Positions 50,895 to 63,699 of a DNA stretch of 64,000 bases are shown in pieces (position 1 is the first letter of the stretch; every line of letters starts with the position of its first letter). A program made the position numbers and the translations under genes. This DNA is from Takakia lepidozioides (taxonomy: Eukaryota > Plantae > Bryophyta), in contig CM060733.1 of NCBI GenBank assembly GCA_030704615.1, positions 74,896,001 to 74,960,000 on the forward strand, in the 5' to 3' direction. The notes beneath the pieces are model-generated. The model searched no databases and was not told the DNA's origin. It worked only from the letters and a program-made list of their open reading frames with translations.

Positions 50895-53800
50895 TCAATG
50901 GGTGAACCAATCATTCCCCTGTCAAATGATTGTAGATTGATTTGAAACTTTGGGAGTGTGTTGTACATGCCCTCTTTAAGTTACCGGACAAGTATGAGGT
51001 CAATCTAAAATGTGAACCAATAGTTCTCTTATTAAATGATTCATGATTGAAAATTGGTTGAAAGGTTTAACGAGTCGTTCGGGGGGGCAAATGATTATTT
51101 CTTCGCTTGCAACTTTGTGTACGTGATTTGTACGTACTTAAGCACATATGGACCAAAGTTGAACTTCAACAAAGTTGTTTGAATCGGTTATTCAAATTCA
51201 TAAGGAGAAACAATCTTTCGCCTGCACATGAATTGTTTTTAATTCCATTCTGAAGCCATATGCTTGATAACAACATGAAGAGTTGCATGCAAAATATCAC
51301 CATGAACAGACATCGTCTGCATCCAAAACACATTTTATTCCCTCATTTGCACTCCAAGGTGAAGTTATCTTCAACTTCATGCACTCTTCATAGAGAGTTC
51401 TGCAATAGTGAGCATAGAGCAAAGGATGAACGTTTTTTTCCAAATATTTTTCTTTGGTACATTTTTTGGCAAGGATGTGGTGGTGTGAGGGTTCAACTCA
51501 CAGAACAAAATCAAGCCAAAAACAAAATCATTGCGCCCCACACTCATTGCGCCCCACAATCCTATGCTCTCTAAATCATTTTATTTAGTAAAAATGCAGT
51601 TCAATTCAAAATTGGATGAAAGAGTGAACGGAAACTTCCCCGATGAAATGATATTTTATTGCTCCAAAACTTTGCAAGTGTCTTCTACATGCCCTCTTAC
51701 ACGTCTTTGAGAAGTATGACATCAATCTAAAATGGTTTAAAGGGTGAACCAATCGTCCTCCTACCAAATGATTTTAAATTGATTTGAAACTTTGCAAGTG
51801 TCTTGTACATGCCCTCTTACGGGTCTTTCACAAGTTTCAAATCAATCTAAAATGGTTAAAAGGGTGAATCAATCATGAACATATCAAATGATTTTGGAGT
51901 GCTTTAAAGCTTTGCAAGTGTCTTTCACATGCCATTTTAAAGGTACCGGACAAGTATGAGGTTAGTAAAATATGGTTGAAATGGTGAACCAATTGTTCCC
52001 CTATCAAATAATTTTACATTGCTTTGAAGCTTTGCAAGTGTCAGCCACATGCCCTCCTACAAGTATGACGTGAATAAAAAATGGTTGAAAGGGTGAACCA
52101 ATCATTCCGCTATCAAATGATTTTATATTGCTTTGGATGTCATTGCTTTGGTAATTCTAGCCCCCCAATGGCCCATTGTAACCCTTGAATTACAATTCAA
52201 AATGCAATTCAAGCCCTTAAAATTGGTACTGCCAGTCCCTAAAATGATCAACCCCGGCCGCCCCTCAAATTGCAATTGAAGCCCCTGAAATTTAATTCCA
52301 ACCCCTCAAATTGCACTTCTAGCCCCTGAAATGACAATTCCCGCCCCTCAAATTGCAACTGTAGCCTGTGAAATGGCAATTGCTAGTGCAACCCCTGAAA
52401 TTGGCAATTGAAGCCCCTAGAATGGCAGTTTCAGCCCCTCAAATTGGCAATTCGAGCCCCATAAATGGCAATTTCAGCCCTTGAAATTGGCTATGGGTGA
52501 ACCAATCATTCCCCTGCCAAATGATTTTGGATTCATTTGAAACTTTGCGAGTGTCTTGTACATGCCCCCTTAAAGTTACTGGACAAGTATGATGTCAATG
52601 TTAAATGGTTCAAAGGGTGAACCAACAGTTCCCCTGTTGGATGATTCATGATTAATCGTTAACAATTGATCTCATATTACACTGGGACCTATCAGAGGGT
52701 ACATTGAACACACTGGCCAAGTCTCAAAACGAATGAAAATCATTTGGATGGGCAACCATCCGTCGGCCCATTGAACGAATTTCGGTTGATCTCATATTAC
52801 TCTGGGGCCTCTTCCATGGCACATTGAATATACTGGCCAAGTCTCAAAGCGAACCAAAATCATCTCGATGGCCAACCATCCGTTGAGCCATCGAATGAAT
52901 TTCGATTGATTTGATATTAGTCCGGAACCTGTGAGAGGGTGTTTCGAACATACTGGCAAAGTTTGGAAGTAAACAAAAATAATTTGGATGGGCAACCATC
53001 CGTTGAATGTATTCCGCTGGATCTGTTATTGCTTTGGGACCTGTTGGACTGTGTTTCGCGTGCTCGCGATTTTGTTTTTATTTGGTTTTTGAATGGGGCG
53101 TGTAATGTAGCCATATGCAACGTGCGTGCCAAATTTGGGAGCAAACATAATTCATTTGGACCCAAAACCACAGTTTCTTCCCTGTTTTGCACTCCAAACT
53201 TGATTTGTGTTTAACTTCATGCACTCTTCATAGAGAGTTTTGCAATAGTGAGCGAAGAGAACACTTTTTTTTTGGGCATTTTTTATTGGTCCAAATTTTG
53301 GCGGGGAAGTAGTGGTGGGATGCTGGAAGCCGCAGAACAAAATTGAGCCAAAAACAAAATCGATACATGCCAGAAACCCCCAATGAAAGGCAGTGCAAAC
53401 CTATTTATTGGCTTAAAATTAATTTAAATTCAATTACATTATGGAATGGCTTGGTGTCGATGGGGAGGCAAATGATTTATTCGTCTGTTGTGTCTTCGCA
53501 CATGTGTTGCACACATGTTCAAGCACATGCGGACAAAAGAGGGGCTTCAACCACATCCGTTCAATGGGTGCAATAGCCGTGCACGCATTGCAGGATTTCT
53601 TTTTCGCAATGAACAAAAACCAGATGACAACTAAACGCCTCATTGGCCCATCGAACAAATTTCGATTGATCTCATATTACACTGGGACCTATCAGAAGGT
53701 ACATTGAACACACTGGCCAAGTCTCAAAGCGAACGAAAATCATTTGGATGGGCAACCATCCGTCGGCCCATTGAACGAATTTCAATTGATCTCATATTAC

Positions 53801-54234
53801 TCTGGGGCCTTTTCCATGGTACATTGAAGATACTGGCCAAGTTTCAAAGCGAACCAAAATCATTTGGAGGCAAATGATTTATGCGTCTGTTCATTTATTT
53901 GTGATTAATCGTTAATGGTGAAAAGGATAAACCAAAGGTTCATTGATAAAAAAAAAATTGAATGATTTGAAATTTTGCCAGTATGTTCTACATGCCTCTT
54001 ACATGGACCAGAGAAGTATGAGATCAATAAAAAATGGTTCACAGGAGGAACCAATGGTTACTTGATGTGCCAATTTCTGAATGCTTTCAAACTTTGCCAT
54101 TGCATTGTACATGCCCTCTTAAAGGTACCGGACAAGTATGAGTTCGATTTAAAATATTGCAATGGGTGAACCAATGGTATCTTCATTCAGCAATTTTTGA
54201 TTGTTTTGAAACTTTGCCAGTATATTGTACATGC
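50895..54234. repeat. Composite satellite block: ~113-120-bp units, a ~22-bp minisatellite and larger duplicated modules
   Basis: Recurrent GAAACTTTGCAAGTGTCTTGTACATGCCC..GGGTGAACCAAT (e.g. 51668, 51786, 51908, 52026, 52539, 53969, 54087, 54208). AATTGCAATTGAAGCCCC-like minisatellite at 52150-52490. TTGATCTCATATTAC units at 52666-53010 and 53640-53870. Confidence 0.9.
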
Positions 54235-57214
54235 TGTAGTGTGAAAAGAAGGGGCGTGAATCCCCTTCTGTATAATTCTAATTGTGCTCCCCTCCATTGA
54301 TTGCGGAGCAAGAGGAAAGAAGCGTTCTTTCTAATCTGTCCAACTGTCGTCACTTGGCTGTGGGTTTCCCTCAGCTCCTCCGTGATCAGAGTTCAAGCAA
54401 TCCCCATCCACGCCGCAGCGGAAGGGAAGACATGGATGGGGAGTCAATTTGTTGTTCACTCTTGGTTCTACCTTTTACACAACATCCCCTATCAGCAGGT
54501 ACAGCACCAGCTATGCTGATGCGATGTATTCAGTGATGCAAATCAGCCCAATGGCAGCGGTAAACACGATCCTTTATGTGAAGCCCACTTGAGCAGTGAC
54601 AGGTCGGAAATCCCCTTTTTGTAGTGGTGACACAGATTTAGGAGGAGGCAGCTCAGATCTTCATGGTCTGCAGGGGCACTGGTTTCTTTCAGGTTTTCTT
54701 CATCTCATCTCCCCAAATTGGCCAAACCCCCCCCCCCAACAGCCCTTTTGAATTGCAGCTCTCTCCTTACCCAAATCCCATTTTTCACTCTCTCTCTCTT
54801 TCTTTTCCCTTTTTGTCTGTTTCACTATCTCTGTCTATGTCCCCAGGTTCCCCACTATTTCACAGCAGCAGATCTGTCATGTAATGTGAATGCACACGCT
54901 GCTAGGCATCCAGTGCGGCCAGCCTTGAAGTCATCCTCGGTCTCTCAAGACACAACCATCCCATCCATCAGTCTCTCTCTCTTTCTCTCTCTCTTGTCCC
55001 TTTTTCCAATGACCCATCGCTCAAAAAGCTCTCATCTCTTTTGTCAGACTTCAACCCAAATACCCCAACATCCCTCTTTTCCCTTCAACTGTGGAACGCA
55101 GTTGTTCAGATCCTGATCCCATAGTGAAATCACCTTATCCTTTCCATGTTTTTTTGCAACTCCAGCTAACCATCATTGATCTCTCCAAACAAACAAGCCA
55201 GATCTACATTGGTTCCAGGTTATCACTACACACGGCAGCATGGTGTCCAGGTTTATGACACTGAATCAAAATGCAAGAATGAAGACAACAGTGACCATTC
55301 TGAACTCAGTGACGAACAGGCTCTCTCTTTCTCTCTCTTTTCACTTATTTCTCTCACTGTCATCACAACATCAGGTGCATCCATCCTTTCCACGTTCTGG
55401 TCTGAAGTCCAGAGTCTCCATTCCCATTTCAAAAACTTTTTCTTGTCACATGTCTCTACCTTTTCTCTTCTGCCAAGATGGCAGTCCTAAATCTACCAAA
55501 GCAATTTCTAAGTCCTGGCCAAAAAGAAGCCTCTGTTCATCGACTTATCTGTTTTTATCCACTAGTGAAGCGGCGGGTCTGCCTGTCAAGGTGGCACCTT
55601 GCCATCGCCCGTCAGCAGCCACTTCAACCCTTTCTCTTTGTCTTGATTCCAGACCTTATGACGCCATGATGGCTCCCCTTCTTCACTTGGACCATCCTGT
55701 GGCCTAACAACCAGATTACGCTATGCAATTCTTCCTCTCGAATTGGCCTGGTCCTATAACAAGGAGACACAAAGCAGCTAGAAGCTTAATGACAGAGAAC
55801 CTGAGATACCATACAGCCAGAACTCCACATGCTTTACCTCCCCCCCCATTGATTGTGCCCAGACTCTCTTCCCTGTGCTTTCAGCAGCTGGCCTTTTCCT
55901 TCTCATCTGCCCATAACTATCATCTTCAAGGCACTGGCGGCAGTGGTGGTGCGCCGCTTTAGTCGATTCGGAAAAGACACGAATGCTTCTAGTGGGTGTA
56001 TCCAACCTACAATACCAGCATAAACTTCTAGATGGCTTCGTGCTGGTTAATTGCAACACTTTTTTGAATGAGATCAACGAATGTCTCGCTACTTGAAACA
56101 AATTTCACAGTGTTAGACGCAATTGTTTGGAATCACTTAGGAAAATGTGTCTGGCAAAGGTTTCTAGGTTTGGCCCTTGGTCATGAAGATTTAGGGTTTC
56201 ATTCCTCCCCTGTGTTGAAAAACAAGTCCCGGGGTTACAGGACCCCCGGTTACAAGCGCCACATGTTTGATGATGTGGCGATGTCAGTTGCAGTGCCACG
56301 TCAGCATTAGAAATAAGTTTAAGCACAAAGACCAACCATAGCCCAAGTGCCGAGTATGCTAGACAGAGCATACGACTACCCAATTTAGGCGGAGGGGCTG
56401 TCCCCAAGCGTTCGGGGTCCGCTTGTTACCATTCAGAGATCACACTCCAAGGAGCTGCAGGGAATGGCCCGTGTAGGCATATTCTAAAGAGGGAAAGGCC
56501 CCAAACTCTCCAACTAAATCCAATGCACTACCTTACCTGAAGTAAAGCGCTTCAGGTCAAAACAAACAAAGATATGGGGTCACAAGGCTGATATTTAGTT
56601 ACAGAGACATTTATGTACTCCCTTATCAAGGGAGCAGCAATTGCATGAGCTGCTCACGTGAGCAGGCTCACGCTTTGCACACTAAGCGTGAGCGACTTCT
56701 AAGCGTGAGCACATTAGAGAAATGGAGCCTATAACCGAGGGTTAAACATGGCCTATTCCCGTGGACGCAACAGAAGCTGCCTAGGACCAAAGATTCTGAG
56801 GTCATGCATGCAATATTGGATGAATGTGCGATAAAAAACTGTTGGATGAATGAAACATGGATGAATGAAAAATGAGAAGTTATGACTGTTGCATGAACCC
56901 AGACATGAAAAATGAGCGGATGGATTGCAAAACAAGATTGATCACATTCCTGAGAGTGTAGTCATTATCCAACATTAAGACATTTATAGGTTTATCCACG
57001 TATTGTGGTTTGAACACACCTGATACTTGTGTTACCAATGGTGGGATAGAAGACCATGACTGAAGTAAGGTTGATTGCAAATATTCATTGATCTCATCAA
57101 GAAAGTGTTGTCATTAACCAACATGAAGCCATCCAGAACTTTATCCAGGTATTGTTGGTTGGATACACCTCAAACCTGTGGTAAGATCATGACTGAAAGA
57201 AGGTTCATTGCAAA

Positions 57215-57560
57215 ACTTTGGAGTGGGTTTAAGGAACTTAAGAAAAGACAGTTTGTGCCCCTCAACGCGTCTTGGCTCGCCCGAGACAAGATGATAAACT
57301 TGAAGCAAACGGATGACATTCGGGGATATGTTCAGGCTTTCAATGTGCTAATGCTCGATCGGATATGGCGGAACCAGAAATGGTCTTCAACTTTGCACGG
57401 CGGGATTGGCCCCATGGGCCAGGCAAAAGTTGGAGGAGAGGCCACCAAAGACTTTGAACGAGGCAATTGAAAGGGCTGAATGTTTCTCGGATGTCCCTAG
57501 GGGCGAAAGACAGGCCGTACGGAGCTGAACCACAAGAAGGTCCGGCGGGAGGGTGACTCC
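57215..57560 (+). mobile_element. Gypsy gag fragment, an inverted paralog of ~60300-60650
   Basis: WSGFKELKKRQFVPLNASWLARDKMINLKQTDDIRGYVQAFNVL matches the minus-strand gag at 60540-60650. Confidence 0.9.
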
Positions 57561-57566
57561 TCGGAC

Positions 57567-57920
57567 CCTAAACCGCAAACCCTAATCCTTAATCATAAAC
57601 CCTAAACTCCATCTAGCAGAAGTGATGATCGTCAACGATCATCAGAACCACCCAAATGCCAAAACAGAATAGAAGTGATGATTGTCGATGATCATTACGA
57701 CCTCTACCCAAATGCCAAAGCCCTGTTTTTTTTTTTTTGGAAAAAAAAAGAGAGAAAAAAATAAAAAAATAAAAAAATGATGATTGGTGCTGATCATCAC
57801 TTCTGCTTTGTTTTGGCATTTGGGTAGTTGTGATGATCATCGACGATCATCACCTCTGCTAGATGGAGTTTAGGGTTATGATTTAGGGTCAGGGTTTTAG
57901 GGTTAGGGTTAGGGTTTAGG
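57567..57920. mobile_element. Foldback/MITE-like element with ~125-bp inverted arms and telomere-like tips
   Basis: The left arm (CCCTAAACTCCATCTAGCAGAAGTGATGATCGTCAACGATCATCA..CCCAAATGCCAAAACA) is the reverse complement of the right arm. The centre is poly-T/poly-A and the outer ends carry T(2-4)AGGG. Confidence 0.8.
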
Positions 57921-60900
57921 ATTTGAACATGATTGAACACACAGTTCGATGCCATGGTAATCGCGAAGCCTGCCTCGCGCCGTCTCTCCTCCATCTCTGT
58001 CACGCCCGCCATCACCCCTCCCTCTTTGCCTATCCACCTCCCTGCCCATATCGGTTTGTTTTTCTTTACGATTACATATACATATTGCGATTACGGTATG
58101 TACATCTGCCACAAATATGTACGTACATACACACACGAGCTGGACACATTCATCTATATAGATGATTATGCATCGAGATCCACAAACATTCATCCATAAG
58201 AAATGCATTCGCTTGTGTCAAGACAAACTTATACATTGACTTTCTTCCAGACTATCCCGGAGAATGTTTCATTCAAACACAACGATTTCCAAACATGCAA
58301 GGGCTTAGTATGTAGACCATATCTAAATCAGTCTATTCCATCTGGGCGCTTTTTACGTAGGAAAGCCTCAATTCCACTCCGGCTAACTTTTAGGGTTGGG
58401 GATCTACACTGGGAACTGCTACTATACCTTGTTATCGACTGATACAAAAGCTTGTTGTAACTAGCACGGTCATTCTCTGTTTCATGGGAGGGATAAAGGT
58501 CTCACTTCGGCAATCGCACACTTATCAAATCGCAGTTTATGACACGAGGGTCGGCAGTGGGATGGATGTTAAAGATGTAGTTTGCAATAACTAAAAAAAA
58601 TGTAAATCATTCCACAGAAATATGCACCTACCTTAGGCCTCTGGGCTCACGATCTAGCATTCCCCCTTCCGCCTGTTCTGTCCGCGGTTATAGGTCCGTG
58701 CCTATGGAAGTGACATGGCATGACGAGACGTGGCGTCAACCACGCTGGCGAGGACTGCTGACGTGTCGTGACACCCGTGAACCAACGTGGCGAGAACTGC
58801 TGACGTGGCGTGAGCTTGACTACGCTCACGTGCTCACACGCTGACGGGGCCAGGCTCACGCGGAGGCATCCCCCTATCAATAACAACACTCGCCAGGGTG
58901 ATTCCTAGGAATTAGTTACTTATTCATGTGTAGTTTTTGGGGTGAATCCCTAGATAGACGATGGGTCCTTTAAAACTACATACTCTAGCTTAGGCTTGGA
59001 TTATATGGCTAATGATTCCATCTCGAGAATTGATACTCGGATTTGATGGTAGCTGGAGCGCAAATCGATCCGGCTGAAATACTTCGCTCCTGCCAACCGA
59101 TCGAAGAGGTCGTCGATCCTTGGCAAAGGGTACCGATTTTTTATAGTCACCTTATTCAGAGCCCTGTAATCGACACACATTTGCAGCGTCCCATCCTTCT
59201 TGTCTACAAATAGCACCGGGGCTCCGTAAGGTGACTTACTCGGCCGGATGTACCCCTTTGACATTAGATCCTTGAGCTGAGCCTTCGGCTCAACCAACTC
59301 TCTGTGGCTCAACCGGTAGGGCGCCTTGGCAGGCGGCTCCGATCCTGGTATCACCTCAATCTTGTGGTCAACTCCTCTTCGCGGTGGCAAGCCGCTTGGT
59401 AAATCCTCCGGCATCACATCCTGGTATTTATCCAAGATCCCCTTGATCCAATCTGGGCTCGGCTCCCTATCGCCTTCTCCCTCCACTTGTCGTAAAGCAA
59501 AAATTGGGGCTTGTGTGGCTCCTCCACGGCCAACTCTTTTGCTGACAGCAGATTTATTCGCCCTCCCACTGGGTTGGGCGTTTTTTACACTCGTAAAACT
59601 TCGCCACCATTCCCACACGGTAGTGTGACTACTCTCTTGCGGCCATCTATGACCGCTCCGGATTGCTCAAAAGGTCATCCCCAAAATGAGATCCACTCCA
59701 TCGATCTCGCAAATGGTGAAGTTCTCACGTCCCTCCCAACTCCTTAGCTGAAGAGGAACATCGAACGCCAACCTGGTCGCCAGTTGTGGTTCTCTTTTGG
59801 CAGAACGCACTTCGATAGAGGCCCCCACATCACTTGTCGGGAGTCCCAGCTTTCGTGCCGTTGCCGGTGTCATGAAGGAGTGCGACGCTCCTGTGTCCAC
59901 CAACAACGACACGTTAGTTCCGGAAATTATCCCACTCATGAACATTAACTGACTTCCTTCACGCAAGGTGCCGGTCTCCTGATATAACTCACAAGAGTAG
60001 TTGCCTACCTTGCAAGTCTTGGCGACCACCGCTTCCACCAAGCGGCTGATGGAATCTTCGGACAGCTCCGTGGTCGCCCGAGTCATGTTCAATTGTCGGG
60101 ATTTCGCGCACTTCTTGGCCATGTGCCCGGGCTCCCCACAATTAAAGCACACTCCATCGAAGATTGTCTTCTGTCCGCCATAAGTAGCCGCACTTGATTT
60201 TCTTTTCGGAGCATTGAGTGCCGCCTTGACGTGTGAAGGCCCTCCCTTTGATTTCCATATGCCATTGTCGCCGCGTGGCCTATCCCACTTCTTTTCCGGT
60301 CGGAATGAGTCACCCCCCCGCCGGGTCTTCTTGTGGTTCAGCTCTGTACGGCCTTGTCTTTCGCCCCTAGGGACATCCGAGAAACATTTAGCCCTTTCAA
60401 TTGCCTCGTTCAAAGTCTTAGGTGGCTTCTCCTCCAACTTCCGCCTGGCCCATGGGGCCAGTCCCGCCACAAAGTTGAAGACCATTTCTGGTTCCGCCAT
60501 ATCCGTGACTTTGAGCAACAACACATTGAAAGCCTGAACATATCCCCGAATGTCATCCATTTGCTTCAAATTCCTCATCTTGTCCCGGGCGAGCCAGGAC
60601 GCGTTGAGGGGCACAAACTATCTTTTCATAAGTTCCTTGAACCCACTCCAGCTCAAGGTTTCTGGATTTGGACCTTGGTCATGAAGGCGTTTCTGCCACC
60701 ATTGTTGACCATAGCCCCTCAAATAGGTGGGAGCCACTTCCACCCGATCCTCGTCACTCAACTTGGCCGCCCGGAAGTACTGCTCCAACTCCAAGAACCA
60801 GGTGTTGAGTGCCTTCCGATTTTGGACGCCCTCAAAGGTGTCGGGTTCCTTAGGCTTCACCTTAAGCTTTGCCTTCGTGGAAGTGGCATTAGCCGCCCTC

Positions 60901-61210
60901 AACACGTCTTTCAACGTCCCACCAAACAGCGCCAACAGCCCTTCCCAAAAGGCTGCTGGCATGGGAGGCATCTGTTGGTCTGCCGGAGCTTCCGGGAAGT
61001 CCTCGGGCTCCGACTCCCCAGTTTCCTCCCGTTCTTGAGCGGCCTCGATTTCAAAAGCATGAATCGCCTCCTCAAATTGCCGCTTCGGTGACACGTCGCC
61101 TCCACCAGGCTCACCAGGATCATCATCTTTCGGGCCGTTCCGCTTTCACTTTGGCTTGCCCGACCCCATGATGAGGCCAATCTCAAGGACGATCGCGTAC
61201 TGAACTCTAA

Positions 61211-61222
61211 GCTCTGATACCA
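61211..61222 (-). promoter_or_regulatory. Primer binding site, tRNA-iMet type
   Basis: TGGTATCAGAGC on the minus strand, 2 nt from the LTR edge. Confidence 0.9.
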
Positions 61223-61224
61223 AG

Positions 61225-61991
61225 TGTCGTGCACCTCACTTCGGTAAGCTCCCCTTCAAGTCATAGTTACTCGCTTTGATGCGCGCGCCTAACTCCCAAA
61301 CTGGCCGCCGGGCCAACTCGGAGCTTCGGCTGCTCACCGGGACATAACGGTCCCCCTTTGCTCCTCCAAAAGACCCTCCACCAATTTGGGCCTAGTGGAA
61401 ATTCCTTTTGGTAGATGGCAGTCCGGAATAGCTCCCCACTCCTTGGTCGCTTTCTGGCTCGCTCACTCACTCACTAGTTTTTGGTCACCAACGAGCTTGC
61501 ACCGTTTTCGGGGTTACTACTCCCTATATATACTTCTGTGACTGTCCGTGGGGGTTTCACAAACAACCCTGCCATTTTATGGCGAACCACCACGAAGACC
61601 CTCGACTCCCGGTGATGAATCGCGGTGAGTCTTGGCCCATCCACCACGGCCCCATTGGACCGTGATGAGTCCCAAGGCTCCCCACGACCCCCACCACAAG
61701 GTCTCCACCCCATGGTGAGTCCTATGCCACCCCCACTAAGTCCCACTAAGCTACCACTGCCCCTCGTAGAACCACCCCCACCGCAACCCGGTGTGCGGGG
61801 CTCCACCTAGTGAGCGCCTCCGCCTCCTTGAGTGCCTTGGGCACTCAAGGGTGCTTCAGCCCCCGTACCCATTTGTTGCCACTGCCCCCACCATAGGGGC
61901 AGCCCCTCTTGTGTCCCGCCCCCCCTGCCCTCAAGGCAAAGGGCCGCAACACGGAGGGCCAGGGTGAGTAGTAGGGATGATGTACACGACC
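61225..61991 (-). repeat. 5' LTR (~770 bp) of the second gypsy element
   Basis: TGTCGTGCAC (61225) ... GTACACGACC (61991), an imperfect inverted pair. TATA box at ~61524-61532. Confidence 0.7.
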
Positions 61992-62089
61992 TTTGAGGTC
62001 AATTTTACATCTGTATATAAGTATATACGCATGCGCATGATGTGGTGCTCTCTCATTTATAGTAAATATGCACAATCCCCATATTCCCT

Positions 62090-63101
62090 AAACTTAAGCC
62101 TAACCCTAAACTCCCAATCCTAATTCGGGCCTGGTGCGACCTCCTAGGCGTCGCAAATGTAAGAAACAAAAGAAACCAGACCCTCTGCGTCGCAGATGGG
62201 GCCACCCTAAAATTTTATTTGAAAGAAAACCGTCGCAGGTTTAATGCGACGCCCTCTAAAAACGCCTCGCAGATTAACTGCGACGCCACGCCCGTCGCAC
62301 GAGGCGACCCTTTATTGGGGCACCCACAAGCGCCGTAGTTTTACTGCGACGCCTGATCCGTCGCACGACGGACACATATTGCCCGCCCGCCCCCCCCCCC
62401 CCACAATCGTTGCAGGTTTACTGCGACGCGTCTTGCGTCGCACAAGGGGACACCCATTGGGCGCCCGTAAGCGTCGCAGTTCTAATGCGACGTCCCCGAC
62501 GTCGCAGGAGGGGCACCCGAAAGAAAAATAAAATAAAATCACAATAACCCGATAAGATAAATAAATAAATAAAATTACCCGAAAGGCGTTGCAATTTTAC
62601 TACAACGCATAGGACGTCGCCCCTGTGAGCAGATTGAAAAAGATATTTTTTATTTAAAAAAAGATGAAAAAACATCGCATTTTTACTACGACGCAATAGG
62701 TCGCAATAATGGATATAACCAAAAAAAAAATTAATATACAGTTTTTATTTAAAAACACAAAATAAAAACAGCCGCACGGAAACGGCGACAGCAGGGACGA
62801 CGCACAGTGCGTCACTTTTCGATGCGGAGCATCGCGTTCCGTGCACCTCACGCTTCCCCCCTTTGCGACGCCGAGGGTGTCGCAGGTGGTAGTGACGCTA
62901 CGGGCGTCGCAAACCCTGGAGTCCCGGGGGACGCATTGTGTGACCCCCCTGGCGTTGCCTTGAGCGCGGATTCTGCGACGTCACCGCTGCGACACAAATG
63001 CGACGCCTCAGATTTGGGATTTTTGCCGCGCTCGAAATCCGCGATGTGCGACGCTCCTGGCGTCGCTCGGGCATCACTAACCCCCCTCCAACGGTGTAGT
63101 G
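62090..63101. mobile_element. CACTA terminal/subterminal region related to the 15201 element
   Basis: Dense TGCGACG/CGTCGCA repeats. Ends GGTGTAGTG, whose reverse complement CACTACACC..GGGGGGTTAGTGATGCC resembles 15201 CACTACAGC..GGGGTTGTGATGCC. Confidence 0.8.
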
Positions 63102-63475
63102 GAAGTACATTGGAATGTGCCACAACCCAGTTTTTGTATAATCGAAATTGCATGAGTTTTGGTTTTGTCCTCATGACATTCAACAGTGTGTTCGTGGGGG
63201 AGTCCACAGAGATGCGAAGGACAGACCAGAGCCACCACAGGTATGGCCTGTGATGCCAGGAACTGATTTGACTCAGGAGGAAGTTAACTCATTGGATGCA
63301 GCCGGGTTTCGTTTGGTCCCGAGGGATGATATCCCACGTTTTCACATGGAGGAGGACGTTGGTGCCCAACAACCCGGAGCTCATCAGAATTGGGACTATT
63401 ATCCCAAATGCAGATGGGGCAAGCAATATAATCGAAAAAAGCAGAGAGCTATTAATAGCAGGGTTGCACACGTCA
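63102..63475 (+). pseudogene. Truncated coding fragment of unknown, probably transposon-associated, family
   Basis: Protein-like HEFWFCPHDIQQCVRG..WPVMPGTDLTQEEVNSLDAAGFRL, cut on the left by a CACTA end. Family not identified. Confidence 0.4.
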
Positions 63476-63699
63476 ATGACGTCACGTCACGTCACATCAC
63501 GTCGGACTTGACGTTGACGCGACCAACGTCACGTCAATTTTGTCGAAAAATTAGTAAAAACATGAGTTAGGTGAAAAATATACCACGTAGGTGGACACGT
63601 TGTATTCCAAACGACACCTTGGCAAGTGAATGAATTGTTTTATAAATTACTCCATCCGCCAATAGTTGAGGTCATTTTTAAATCATTATTGTTAAATTG

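Larger units (their letters stand above)
59030..61991 (-). mobile_element. Ty3/gypsy LTR retrotransposon: 5' LTR, PBS, gag, PR and truncated RT
   Basis: gag (KVKPKEPDTFEG..WFLELEQYF; CFNCGEPGHMAKKC), protease (LLVDTGASHSF..DLILGM) and RT ([43 protein letters not shown]), cut off after YHQIRV. In-frame TAG at 60618-60620 and a frameshift near 59660. Confidence 0.95.

Noticed and set aside
54232-54241. TGCTGTAGTG, a 10-bp inverted match to the CACTA end at 15201, implying a 39-kb element containing RAPTOR
   Set aside because: There are no TGCGAC subterminal repeats and no TSD (TTG vs TGA). The match arises where a satellite unit (..ACATGC) meets an insertion beginning TGTAGTG.
54540-55960. Several + strand Ser/Leu-rich ORFs
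   Set aside because: Pyrimidine-rich low-complexity sequence with no recognisable domain or consistent exon structure.
56211-56748. Solo LTR (TG...CA)
   Set aside because: The terminal inverted repeat is weak and no TSD, PBS or PPT was found, so it cannot be supported by eye.
57888-57920. Telomere or interstitial telomeric array
   Set aside because: Only a few degenerate units, and they belong to the arm of the foldback element.
60333-61091. 252-aa + strand ORF (and similar antisense ORFs over PPR, transposase and RAPTOR exons)
   Set aside because: Shadow ORFs opposite real coding sequence, with no independent motifs.
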